54,371 nucleotides of DNA, taken from positions 1-54,371 of the forward strand of contig JAGTQS010000001.1 of NCBI GenBank assembly GCA_018397055.1. The letters are read 5' to 3'. Both the position numbers and the translations under genes were made by a program. Source of the stretch: Candidatus Bathyarchaeota archaeon. GTDB lineage: Archaea > Thermoproteota > Bathyarchaeia > Bathyarchaeales > DTEX01. Shown piece by piece: positions 1-8,765 of this stretch. Each line of letters opens with the position of its first letter. Within the stretch, counting starts at the first letter, position 1. The notes below the pieces were generated by a model that was not told where the DNA came from, did not search any database, and saw nothing but the letters and a program-made list of their open reading frames with translations.

Positions 1-166
1 CACAGTCAGCTCCAGATGCAGGTACGCGGCGATGGAGGTCCTCAAGTCCTTCGTTGAGCTGGTTGCTAAGTTCGCCCAAAAAGTCAGAAACCCCGACGAA
101 ATCCTACAGCTTACCCTGTCAGACCTCAAAGGCCTAAAAACCCTATACCAGATGGAGATAACCTAA
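1..166 (+). CDS. 3' fragment (last 54 codons) of a gene whose body lies left of the window; family not recognised; left copy of the terminal inverted repeat
   Basis: Frame is open from base 2 to TAA at 164-166 (...AAMEVLKSFVELVAKFAQKVRNPDEILQLTLSDLKGLKTLYQMEIT*). A near-identical inverted copy lies at 54244-54371. Confidence 0.5.
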   Translation, partial: TVSSRCRYAAMEVLKSFVELVAKFAQKVRNPDEILQLTLSDLKGLKTLYQMEIT

Positions 167-184
167 AATTTGCCAAAGTTTAGT
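34..184. repeat. Left arm of a 151-bp inverted repeat (partner 54221-54371)
   Basis: The reverse complement of 54221-54371 matches 34-184 at 147/151 positions with no indels. The arm covers 43 codons, the stop and 18 nt of 3' flank. Confidence 0.9.
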
Positions 185-253
185 GAATGAGTTAAAGACT
201 ACATTTAAATATCGACGAAATCTTTGATAGCTTAATCTTAAAAGTGGAAAAAA

Positions 254-988
254 ATGAATAACGTCGTTGTTGAAACAAAAAACCTTGTTAAGACATTTGG
301 GGATATAAAGGCTCTTAATGGATTAAGCTTCACGGTTACGCAAGGAGAAATTTTTGGGCTTATAGGTCCCAACGGCGCTGGGAAAACAACAACTTTAAGA
401 ATTTTAGCCACGCTCATTAAGCCTTCTTCGGGTTATGCCAAAATTTTCGGTTATGATGTGGAGAAAAACCCTTCTGAAGTTCGAAGGATAATTAGCTACC
501 TTCCTGAAGAGGCTGGTGCCTACAAAAACCTTTCAGGGTTCGAGTACTTCGAGTTCATGGCGAACTTTTATCACCAAAGCCCACAGGAAGGCAGAGCAGC
601 CGTTGAGGAAGCTGCAAAGATTTCAGGGCTAGGTGAAAGACTGAAAGACAGGGTGAAAACTTACAGTAAGGGAATGAACCGAAGGTTGCTACTGGCTAGG
701 GCTTTGATGATGAAGCCTAAGCTCGCAATTCTGGATGAGCCAACAAGCGGCTTAGACGTTGTTCACGCTTTCCACGTCAGACGCATCATTCAGGAATACA
801 CGAAAACTCACGGCGTAACTGTTCTTCTCTCAAGCCACAACATGCTGGAGGTTGAGTTCCTTTGTAACCAAGTGGCTTTGGTAAATGAGGGAAAAGTCAT
901 TAGCCAAGGCAGCCCGCATGAGCTAAAATCTCATTACAGCGTCAACAACCTTGAAGACGTATTTATGGAGGCGACGAAACTTGGTTAA
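254..988 (+). CDS. ABC transporter ATP-binding protein (ABC-2/NatA-like)
   Basis: Walker A GPNGAGKTT, signature-like YSKGMNRRL, Walker B LAILDEPTSGLD, H-loop SSHNM. Confidence 0.9.
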   Translation: MNNVVVETKNLVKTFGDIKALNGLSFTVTQGEIFGLIGPNGAGKTTTLRILATLIKPSSGYAKIFGYDVEKNPSEVRRIISYLPEEAGAYKNLSGFEYFEFMANFYHQSPQEGRAAVEEAAKISGLGERLKDRVKTYSKGMNRRLLLARALMMKPKLAILDEPTSGLDVVHAFHVRRIIQEYTKTHGVTVLLSSHNMLEVEFLCNQVALVNEGKVISQGSPHELKSHYSVNNLEDVFMEATKLG

Positions 989-2276
989 AGGGCTAAGCAA
1001 CCTTATTAGCAAGGAGATAAAGGAGCTTCTTCGAGACCCAAAAATCTTGCTAGGCATGGTCTTGATGCCGCTTATTACATTTCCTTTAATGGGCGCAGCT
1101 ATGAACATTTCAACAAGCACCCTTGAAGAGTCAACGAGGAACGTTTCAGTTATGATTATGAACCTTGACAAAGGACCACTGGCTGAAAGCCTTTTGCTTA
1201 TACTTCAAAGTATGAATGCCACCATAATTGAAACTGGCTCTTCCACGGTTGAGGATGCTTTGGTCGACCTTTCACAAAACAACACAACAACTTTGGTCGT
1301 TATCCCTCAAGGCTTCAGTCAAAACCTCACCCTTGGTCTTAGAGCAAAAATAATTGTTTACTCAGTTTTTGAAAGTTTAAGTCTCGCTGAGGGAATCAGG
1401 TCGTCCGCGGTTGAGGTGCCGATTAATCTGTACAAAAACGCTCTTGTCACTCAAGCAATCAGGCAAGCCTTTCCAGACAGAGATCCGTTAGCCGTTCTCG
1501 ACCCAATTTCAATCAGCAACGTTGCAGTTGTTAAAGGAAAAATAGTCAACGTTTCATCAGACATCCTCAGAAGCCTCTTCATGTCTCAGTCGCTTGGGTT
1601 CCCATTGGTCATAATGTTGCTTCTTATTTCTGCAATGCAAATAGCAGCAACCTCAATTTCCATCGAAAAAGAGGAAAAAACCCTTGAAACCTTGTTGACG
1701 GTACCAATCAGCAGACTTGGCATACTGACAGGGAAACTAGCAGGTTCAGTTGTCGTCGCAGCTGCTGGCGCAATAGCCTCGATGGTTGGAGTTAACTATT
1801 ACATTAATTCTTTTAACGAGATGATTCCAACTCAGAACATCAGCCTAGAAGATTTGGGGTTATCTATGACTCCTCTTTCTTACGGTCTCCTAGGCGTGAT
1901 GATTTTTGTCACAATAGTTTCAGCCTTGGCTCTTGCCATCATCGTAGCTGCATTTTCAGAAAACGTGAGGAGCGCCCAAGCGCTTGTTGGACCATTAAAC
2001 TTCATCTTCATTTTTCCCTCATTGATTCTGATGTTTGCGGACATCCAGATGCTTCCTTACCCTATTCAGATTGTGTTGTACGCCATCCCGTACACGCATT
2101 CAATCATAGCCACTAAAGCTGCGTTCTTAGGTGACTACTTCACAATGCTGGTAAGCATAGCCTACGTCTCAGCGTTCACCATTGCTGTCCTGTACATAGC
2201 TGCAAGAATTTTCACAACAGAAAAAATCGTAACCGCCAGAATATCGTTCAAAAAACTTAAAATAAGAAAACCTTAA
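981..2276 (+). CDS. ABC-2 type transporter permease
   Basis: Multi-TM protein directly after the ATPase. The likely TTG start at 981 lies 9 nt after GGAGG (967-971) and overlaps the upstream stop. The track ORF begins at 951. Confidence 0.8.
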   Translation: MVKGLSNLISKEIKELLRDPKILLGMVLMPLITFPLMGAAMNISTSTLEESTRNVSVMIMNLDKGPLAESLLLILQSMNATIIETGSSTVEDALVDLSQNNTTTLVVIPQGFSQNLTLGLRAKIIVYSVFESLSLAEGIRSSAVEVPINLYKNALVTQAIRQAFPDRDPLAVLDPISISNVAVVKGKIVNVSSDILRSLFMSQSLGFPLVIMLLLISAMQIAATSISIEKEEKTLETLLTVPISRLGILTGKLAGSVVVAAAGAIASMVGVNYYINSFNEMIPTQNISLEDLGLSMTPLSYGLLGVMIFVTIVSALALAIIVAAFSENVRSAQALVGPLNFIFIFPSLILMFADIQMLPYPIQIVLYAIPYTHSIIATKAAFLGDYFTMLVSIAYVSAFTIAVLYIAARIFTTEKIVTARISFKKLKIRKP

Positions 2277-2357
2277 AGTCACCAATTTTTTGAACCGAGA
2301 GCCACATAAGTGTGTGCAGATAATTTACTACGTGAAACAATTTGGAGGATTGCGGTT

Positions 2358-3173
2358 ATGAAACTGTCCTTCACAACGCTTGGGTGTCCAAGGTGGACGC
2401 TTAAGCAGATAGTGGAAAATGCTGCTAGGATGGGGTATGATGCGGTTGACTTCCGAGGCTTACTTGAAGACATAGACATCAGCCGAAGACCTGAATTCAC
2501 AACAGACATAAAAAAGACCCGGAAGATGTTCAGAGACTATGGTGTAGCGGTCTCAGCGGTTTCGGTTTCCGCAAGTTTTGCAGTTGTCGACGAGGCGAAA
2601 AAAGAAAAACAGTTCGACGAGGCAAAAAGAAACCTAGAAGTGGCACATAAACTGGACGCCCACATATTGCGGATTTACGGCGGACAAATCCCCGAGGGCT
2701 ACACCGTGAAAACCATAATGCCCATTCTTGTCGAAAACTTGCGCAGAATTGGAGATACAGCTGAAGGATACGACGTTACTTTGGCTTTAGAAACCCATGA
2801 CGCATGGACAAACTCAGAGGTTCTCGCACAAGTAATTTCGTTGACCAATCATCCGTATGTTCGGGTCCTGTGGGATCTTCATCACCCATACCGGGTCAAC
2901 GGCGAACAGCCAGAAGTCACGTATGCAAACATTGGGCAATACACAGTAGCCACGCACGTTAAAGACTCGGTTCTTGACAAAAACGGGAAACCCTGCTACA
3001 CGCTTCTCGGCGAGGGCACTGTACCAATAAAAAGAATGCTTGAACTTCTCGTTCAAGGCGGATACCGAGGCTACGCAACGCTGGAATGGGAAAAAAGGTG
3101 GATACCTGAACTTGCAGAACCAGAAACCGTCTTCCCACAATACGTCCAGAAAATGCGCGAATGGACGAAATAA
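2358..3173 (+). CDS. Sugar phosphate isomerase/epimerase (xylose isomerase-like TIM barrel)
   Basis: MKLSFTTLGCP start preceded by GGAGG. LALETHD, WDLHHP and TLEWEK motifs are typical of the AP_endonuc_2/xylose isomerase-like fold. Confidence 0.8.
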   Translation: MKLSFTTLGCPRWTLKQIVENAARMGYDAVDFRGLLEDIDISRRPEFTTDIKKTRKMFRDYGVAVSAVSVSASFAVVDEAKKEKQFDEAKRNLEVAHKLDAHILRIYGGQIPEGYTVKTIMPILVENLRRIGDTAEGYDVTLALETHDAWTNSEVLAQVISLTNHPYVRVLWDLHHPYRVNGEQPEVTYANIGQYTVATHVKDSVLDKNGKPCYTLLGEGTVPIKRMLELLVQGGYRGYATLEWEKRWIPELAEPETVFPQYVQKMREWTK

Positions 3174-3305
3174 CAAAAGTCACGACGACGAATTTCAATT
3201 TCCACAAACATTTAAGAAGTGACATAGTTTTCTTTTTACATTATTCAGCCATAAATCACCCATGTAATTAATAGACGTACGCTTGAGTCTCCCTAAAAAA
3301 TTGAT

Positions 3306-3393
3306 TGGCGCCGGGGATGGGATTCGAACCCATGCGGCCCGCGGGGGCCACAGGCTCTCAAGGCCTGCGCTATATCCACTCAGCCACCCCGGC
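3306..3393 (-). tRNA. tRNA-Ser (anticodon UGA), CCA encoded
   Basis: The reverse complement folds as a cloverleaf. Acceptor GCCGGGG/CCCCGGC; anticodon stem CAGGC/GCCTG with loop CTTGAGA; long variable arm GGCCC-CCGC-GGGCC; T arm ATGGG-TTCGAAT-CCCAT; discriminator G followed by CCA. Confidence 0.9.
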
Positions 3394-3527
3394 TTTATTG
3401 GGCGTTCAATGTTTGTTTGTAGATTATTCGGGTTTTCGGTTTATTTGAACCTTTTTGCTGCTGGAAAGGTTAAAATATTTTTTCGTTGTGGTAGTTGTCA
3501 AGCATGTTGTTTGCGGAGGCTTTCTGG

Positions 3528-3818
3528 TTGAAGCTTTTGCTTGACGAGATGTACGCTGGGCTTAAGGAGTACTTTGAAACTTTAGGATGGGAGGCTGTGA
3601 CAGTTCAGGATGTGGGGCTTCAGGGAGCTAAAGACAGGGAAGTTGTGGATTACGCCAGAAAAAATAATCTTTTACTTGTCACTCAGGACCAGAAGTCAGC
3701 TGACCTTGCTGACCTTTTAAACGTGAAGTGCGTGTTGATCTCGAACTCTTTGATTGCAAAGATTGCGGACGAAAAAATCCGAAGTAAATACCCTGATCTT
3801 AAACGTAACAAGCAGTAG
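3528..3818 (+). CDS. PIN-like small protein (DUF5615 / Mut7-C-like)
   Basis: LKLLLDE...GLQGAKDREVVDYARKNNLLLVTQDQ resembles DUF5615-type PIN-like proteins. TTG at 3528 lies 7 nt after GGAGG (3516-3520). The track ORF starts at 3495. Confidence 0.5.
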   Translation: MKLLLDEMYAGLKEYFETLGWEAVTVQDVGLQGAKDREVVDYARKNNLLLVTQDQKSADLADLLNVKCVLISNSLIAKIADEKIRSKYPDLKRNKQ

Positions 3819-3827
3819 TGCTTACGT

Positions 3828-4757
3828 TTAATCAGGTTTTTTGCCTGTTAACCTTTCCACTAGAAAGTCCTCATACGCCGAAAGGTCCTTCCACTCGACG
3901 GCACAGTTAACACGCCTAGCTTTATCATCCATCAAGGTGTAGCCATCGTCAGTCACGCGGATGCCAAGTTCCTGCATCTCAAGCAGTTCCTCGGAGAAGG
4001 CTAGGTAAACCGCAACCGTGTCGAAAAGAATCGTGCTTTGATTCTCAAATTGTTGCGTGTCGCCACGTTTTTTCAGCCAAATTCTGTAATTTTCCATCAA
4101 AGCCTGAACAAGCGGTTCACTGCAATCTCTGACAGCGCGGTATTTTTCGCCTTTAAGCCTAACGAAGCCGCAGGTGTCAAGTGGAGTAATCGTTATTGGC
4201 CAAGAAGCCTCAAAAACCTTCTGTAAAGCCTTCGCGTCTGCGCGAACGTTGTATTCGGCTATTAAGCCTCCTTCTTTGCCGTTGTATCCCCACGGGCTTT
4301 TACGTAGACATCCATGCATTCCGACAAATCTCGCTTTCCGAGCTATTCTCGGCTCCCTTTCAATAGCCGCTTTAATGTTGGGAACAGGGCCAACGCACAC
4401 CAACGTTACAGGCCTTGGTGAATCCATTATTGCGTTAACTATGGCTTCCACGCCGTCTTGGTAGACTCTGCCTTTATAGGATGCCAGTTGGTAGTCTTCG
4501 ACCCATTCCTGTTGGGGACCAACATCGTCGCTTAGGTGAATCCCAACTCCAACTGGAACGTCTGTTCTTCCAGCGGTTTCCAGCATCTTCGCAATGATCT
4601 TAGCTCTGTAAGTCGTGTTCCCTGTGTCGGAAACAGCAAGCTTAACATCAAGCTCAGGAGACTTCAGCAGCATCGTCAGCGCCCAAGTGTCATCTATGTC
4701 GCCTCCAATGTCAGTGTCAAAGATAACGGGAACCCTTTTTCCATAGCCGTGCTTCAT
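3828..4757 (-). CDS. Nucleoside hydrolase family protein (inosine/uridine-preferring type)
   Basis: N-terminal Asp cluster VIFDTDIGGDIDDTWAL. ATG at 4757 preceded by GGAGG. Follows the Gfo/Idh/MocA gene closely on the same strand. Confidence 0.85.
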   Translation of the reverse strand: MKHGYGKRVPVIFDTDIGGDIDDTWALTMLLKSPELDVKLAVSDTGNTTYRAKIIAKMLETAGRTDVPVGVGIHLSDDVGPQQEWVEDYQLASYKGRVYQDGVEAIVNAIMDSPRPVTLVCVGPVPNIKAAIEREPRIARKARFVGMHGCLRKSPWGYNGKEGGLIAEYNVRADAKALQKVFEASWPITITPLDTCGFVRLKGEKYRAVRDCSEPLVQALMENYRIWLKKRGDTQQFENQSTILFDTVAVYLAFSEELLEMQELGIRVTDDGYTLMDDKARRVNCAVEWKDLSAYEDFLVERLTGKKPD

Positions 4758-4805
4758 ATTGCGAAACCTCCACCGGCCTTTTTTAATCTGTATTTTCAAA
4801 ATTTT

Positions 4806-5828
4806 TTATGGATACGCAGGTTTAACGGTTTTACAAGTTTTTGACGATTCTTCAGCTGCCTCCATGATGGCGATGACCCGTCTTGCTTCTTCAGGCTTAA
4901 CCAGTAGTTCTGCTCCACGTAACAGGTGGTCAGCAATATTTCTATAGTATGCTGAGTGTTCGCCTTTCCTAAATTGGACTTGCGTTTCAACAGGTTTATT
5001 GTTGCTGTAAGTAACCATGTGGAAGTATTGTTGTTCATGCACCGACGTGATTCCGCCCTTAGTTCCTAAGATCCTCCAACGAGGCTTGCCTATGCTGGCC
5101 AAGCTGGACAGCTGAACATCTGCGACAGCGCCATTTTCAAAGCGGATTAAGGCTTCCACTTGATCTTCGTTTGTAACGTCCATCCATACAAGTTTATGGA
5201 AGCAGCCTGTGACTCCGACGATTCTGCTTGGAACGATGTTGAGAATCCAGTCCAGCAAATGCGCCCCCCAATCGTAGAAGGCTCCTCCCGAAATCTTCTT
5301 GTTTGAACGCCACCATGTCCCAGGATGACCGTACCCTCCCATAAAAGATTCCACGTGAAAGACTTGCCCTATTAAATCTTGGTTTATTGTTTCCTTTAAC
5401 GCAAGAAAGTCGCCGTCGAGCCTTCTGTTGTGAAAAACTGTAAGCATCAGCTTCCTCTTTTTCGCCTCGTTAATCATCGCAGTGGCTTCAGAGGTTGTTA
5501 TGCACATTGGCTTCTCGGCAATAACGTGTTTTCCAGCCTTCAAACATTGCAGAGCTAATTCAGCATGAGTGTTATGTGGCGTAACAACGGTCACAAGGTC
5601 GAACTCCGCGTCGTCAAGCATCTTGCCCAAATCCTCGTACGTCTTTATTTTTGGGAACTCCTTTCTCGCAGCCTCAGTTCTTTTCGGATCAGCATCGCAG
5701 ACAGCAACAAGCTCAAGTCCCTCTGTTGCCTTTATCTGGTCGCAGTGTGCTTTACCCATATTGAAAGCAGGACCGTACCCTATCACAGCGCATTTAATTT
5801 TATTTTTATTTGCTGTTTTATCGTTCAT
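4806..5828 (-). CDS. Gfo/Idh/MocA family NAD(P)-dependent oxidoreductase
   Basis: Rossmann start KCAVIGYGPAFNMG and the family EKP motif (VIAEKPMC). Confidence 0.85.
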   Translation of the reverse strand: MNDKTANKNKIKCAVIGYGPAFNMGKAHCDQIKATEGLELVAVCDADPKRTEAARKEFPKIKTYEDLGKMLDDAEFDLVTVVTPHNTHAELALQCLKAGKHVIAEKPMCITTSEATAMINEAKKRKLMLTVFHNRRLDGDFLALKETINQDLIGQVFHVESFMGGYGHPGTWWRSNKKISGGAFYDWGAHLLDWILNIVPSRIVGVTGCFHKLVWMDVTNEDQVEALIRFENGAVADVQLSSLASIGKPRWRILGTKGGITSVHEQQYFHMVTYSNNKPVETQVQFRKGEHSAYYRNIADHLLRGAELLVKPEEARRVIAIMEAAEESSKTCKTVKPAYP

Positions 5829-5960
5829 TTCGATTCCAGCCTTCGCTTTGTTAAGATTTAGAATCCTTTTCGTCTTTTAAGCCTTCTTAACGAAACAAGT
5901 TTAAGCCACGACACTAAACCTTTTCACGTGTAACATTAAGGCAACAGAGATGAATCTGTA

Positions 5961-6794
5961 TTGAAGTGCCAATATTGTGGCAAAAATGTAGATCTTCCTT
6001 TCAGATGCTCATTCTGCGGCATGTACCACTGTGAAGAACATAGACTACCAGAAAACCACAACTGCCCAGAACTTTGGAAAGCCACACTTCTCAAGCCAAG
6101 CGAAAAAGAAAAGATCAGCAGACCACTTCATGAAGAACGCCCTTCTGAAAGCGTGAGGCAACCAGCAGTTCAATATCCCTTTAGGATAAAAAAAGAAGGC
6201 TGGATCAGCAGCGCAGAGTTAGCACACCTAACGATAGGAGCACTAATTGTCATGGCTGTGGGACTTGCGTGGAACAGCGTCGGATTAGAATGGATTTTCA
6301 AAATCTTCTCAGATCCAATTGGCACCCTAGTTTCCGCTGCGATTTTCACATTTATCTTTTTATCACATGAACTTGCACACAAGGCTGTTGCTAAACGCTA
6401 TGGGCTCTGGGCCGAGTTCCGCATCAACCCTCTTGGAGCAGCGTTCACAATAATGACGATAGCTGTGCCTTTAATCAAAATTATTTCTCCAGGTGCTGTG
6501 ATTATTGCAGGCGCAGCAGACAGAAAAATCATTGGACTCTCAGCCCTCGCAGGACCTTTAACAAGCATCGGGCTTACCGTAGTATTCTTGTTTTTCGCGT
6601 TTCTTTTTCCTGGGGGCTCAAATGCTTTGCTTTTGAACAGTGCAGCCCTTGCCATCTGGATTGCAGTTCTCAACCTTGTTCCCTTCGGACTTTTTGATGG
6701 AGCAAAGGTTTTTTGGTGGAATAAAACTGCTTGGGCAACAAGCTTTGCGGTCGCTGTCGCTTTGATGCTTTTTACTATGTTAATTCAGACTTAG
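5961..6794 (+). CDS. AN1-type zinc finger fused to an M50/site-2-protease-like membrane metalloprotease
   Basis: AN1 finger CQYCGK..FRCSFCGMYHCEEHRLPENHNC, then TM segments carrying HELAHK (HExxH) and NLVPFGLFDG (NxxPxxxxDG). Confidence 0.7.
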   Translation: MKCQYCGKNVDLPFRCSFCGMYHCEEHRLPENHNCPELWKATLLKPSEKEKISRPLHEERPSESVRQPAVQYPFRIKKEGWISSAELAHLTIGALIVMAVGLAWNSVGLEWIFKIFSDPIGTLVSAAIFTFIFLSHELAHKAVAKRYGLWAEFRINPLGAAFTIMTIAVPLIKIISPGAVIIAGAADRKIIGLSALAGPLTSIGLTVVFLFFAFLFPGGSNALLLNSAALAIWIAVLNLVPFGLFDGAKVFWWNKTAWATSFAVAVALMLFTMLIQT

Positions 6795-6860
6795 GCTTAA
6801 ACCAAAAATGTAGTAAGGGTTTCTGTTTCTATGGCAATAGAACATCTAAAAAGGATTATG

Positions 6861-7169
6861 TCAGATTAGTTCAATGCTTATGAAGACTTCTTCTGGAACC
6901 CGCATTCTCATGACTCGACGCATAACTCTTTCCTCTGCGTCGATGTCCATTAAGCGTTTATGAATACGCAGTTCCCACTTGTCCCACGTCTTGGTTCCTT
7001 CGCCGCATGGACTTTTCATAACTGGCACACGGAGCTTCTTTGTCGGCAAGGGAATGGGTCCGTTAGCTTTCACGCCGCTTTTCTGGGCTATGGTTCTAAG
7101 TTCTTCGCATACGCTTTCAAGCTTCTCGTAATCTGTGCTTGTCAGTTTTATCCTAGCTTTTCTTACCAT
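6861..7169 (-). CDS. rps10: 30S ribosomal protein S10 (uS10)
   Basis: MVRKARIKLTS...NGPIPLPTKKLRVPVMKSP.G.G...WDKWELRIHKRLMDI; 102 aa from ATG 7169. Confidence 0.9.
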   Translation of the reverse strand: MVRKARIKLTSTDYEKLESVCEELRTIAQKSGVKANGPIPLPTKKLRVPVMKSPCGEGTKTWDKWELRIHKRLMDIDAEERVMRRVMRMRVPEEVFISIELI

Positions 7170-7245
7170 GCCCAGTTCACGTCGATTTTGGAAACTTTCC
7201 AAACAGTATTATTTAAACGCTTTTCTTTCATTAGCAAAAAATAGG

Positions 7246-7434
7246 TTAAACTCGCCTTTCACGGTTCAGTCTTTTAGTCTGCCACGAATAACTGCGTAAC
7301 CTAGGCGACTCGCCGAAGCCACAGGCGGAGCATCTTTTTTGCCTAATATGGTATGATCTTCTGCCGCAGCGTCTGCAGCGAATGTGAACGGTTTTTCCCA
7401 TTCGTTTACCAAAAGATGGAGTGCCTTTACCCAT
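7246..7434 (-). CDS. rpl37e: 50S ribosomal protein L37e
   Basis: [10 protein letters not shown]...[20 protein letters not shown] zinc ribbon. Lies next to the LSm gene, as in many archaea. Confidence 0.9.
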   Translation of the reverse strand: MGKGTPSFGKRMGKTVHIRCRRCGRRSYHIRQKRCSACGFGESPRLRSYSWQTKRLNRERRV

Positions 7435-7442
7435 AAACTATT

Positions 7443-7679
7443 TCACCTCGGCGGCGGAGATATCATGACGACATTATCTCCTCTGACTATTATTAGACCT
7501 AGCTCGTCGGTTTTGTCCTTGTCAGTTACGTCTTCGGCTTTTTCCAAAACAAGGTTAAGGTGTTGGTCGAATCCTCGAAGTAGCCCCCTTATTCTTTTAC
7601 CTCCCCTAAGCATGATTAAAACTGTTTTGCCGAGGTTCTCCTCAAGAATCTTATCTGTCATTTGCATTTTTTCCGCCAT
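7443..7679 (-). CDS. Sm-like (LSm) RNA-binding protein
   Basis: Sm1/Sm2 motifs: VLIMLRGGKRIRGLLRGFDQHLNLVL ... IIVRGDNVVMI. Confidence 0.85.
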   Translation of the reverse strand: MAEKMQMTDKILEENLGKTVLIMLRGGKRIRGLLRGFDQHLNLVLEKAEDVTDKDKTDELGLIIVRGDNVVMISPPPR

Positions 7680-7768
7680 TGCTATCAACGTTCCTTGAGC
7701 TTTCGATTCTTTCGTTTGTGTATGAAGGCTTGCAGATTTATATGTGTTGCTGTCAAAATTCTAAGATT

Positions 7769-8284
7769 ATGTCTACATCAACACGTAGGGTTCCATTAAG
7801 AAAGGACGGCCGAAAACAGTTCCTAGAAAAGGTTTCTTCAAATCTTGGGCTAAACATCGAATCCTTCTTTGGCTCAAAACCACAAGTCGAGGTGACTGAA
7901 ACCTCGAAAGGCAAAATTTACGTTGTTAATGGACGCCCCATTTTTGCTGAATTCGAAAACGACTTGTTTCCCACATTATCTTTTGAACAATACGTTTCAC
8001 GCCTGCCAAAGGTTGTTGTGGACATGGGTGCAGTGCTATATATCTGCAACGGCGCCGACGTGATGGGGCCTGGCATTGTTGGCATTCAAGGGGAATTTGC
8101 GCCGAAAAGCGTAGTTACAGTTGTGGATGTCAAAAACAAGAAGCCTATAGCTATTGCGAAGTCTGTCTTTGACTCTAAGACGGCTTTAATAATCAAAAAA
8201 GGCAAGTTATTTGAGAACATGCATTTTGTGGGAGACGAAATTTGGACAGTTAGCAAAGAAATTGAGGGCAAACAAAAGAGTTAA
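7769..8284 (+). CDS. PUA-domain RNA-binding protein (Tma20/MCT-1-like)
   Basis: C-terminal PUA-like segment GADVMGPGIV...VVTVVDVKNKKPIAIAKSV. ATG at 7769; the upstream part of the track ORF looks non-coding. Confidence 0.65.
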   Translation: MSTSTRRVPLRKDGRKQFLEKVSSNLGLNIESFFGSKPQVEVTETSKGKIYVVNGRPIFAEFENDLFPTLSFEQYVSRLPKVVVDMGAVLYICNGADVMGPGIVGIQGEFAPKSVVTVVDVKNKKPIAIAKSVFDSKTALIIKKGKLFENMHFVGDEIWTVSKEIEGKQKS

Positions 8285-8340
8285 GACACTTCTGTGCTAT
8301 CTTACTTTTATATGATATGAAGAGTTTTGAGGGGTAGATT

Positions 8341-8742
8341 TTGGCCAGTGTGAATTTGGGCAAAGTCATAGAAAAAATAGTAGGCAGAGTCAAAAAAGAA
8401 GAAGAACAGCACAGAGAGGAAACAATGCCTGAAACTGCGGCTGAACCGACACCTGAACATGCTCCTGTTCAAACGGCGTTACAAGCTAAACCGGTTTACA
8501 TAAAATCCACAATTTTGGACTCGTTGGAGGAACTTGAAAATATTATGGCTGAACTTGAATCTGGCAACATCGTCATAGTTCGGTTAACGCCCCTTTTTGA
8601 TGTGGACCTTGATGACGTTAGGCGTGCAGTAAGAAAATTGAAGAAAGTCGCACAAAAAATTGACGGCGACATTGCCAGCTTGGGTGAAGACCGCATTGTC
8701 GTAACTCCCTCCAATATAAAAGTGTGGAGAGACAAAAGCTAA
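8341..8742 (+). CDS. sepF: Cell division protein SepF (DUF552)
   Basis: C-terminal domain YIKSTILDSLEELENIMAELESGNIVIVRLTPL...DGDIASLGEDRIVVTPSNIKV. TATA-like TTTTATAT at 8316-8323; the start could also be GTG at 8350. Confidence 0.7.
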   Translation: MASVNLGKVIEKIVGRVKKEEEQHREETMPETAAEPTPEHAPVQTALQAKPVYIKSTILDSLEELENIMAELESGNIVIVRLTPLFDVDLDDVRRAVRKLKKVAQKIDGDIASLGEDRIVVTPSNIKVWRDKS

Positions 8743-8765
8743 CAGGTCTAGTTGGGAAAAGGAGC

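Noticed and set aside
3283-3531. 82-aa + strand ORF
   Set aside because: It runs straight through the antisense of tRNA-Ser (3306-3393) and has no coding features.
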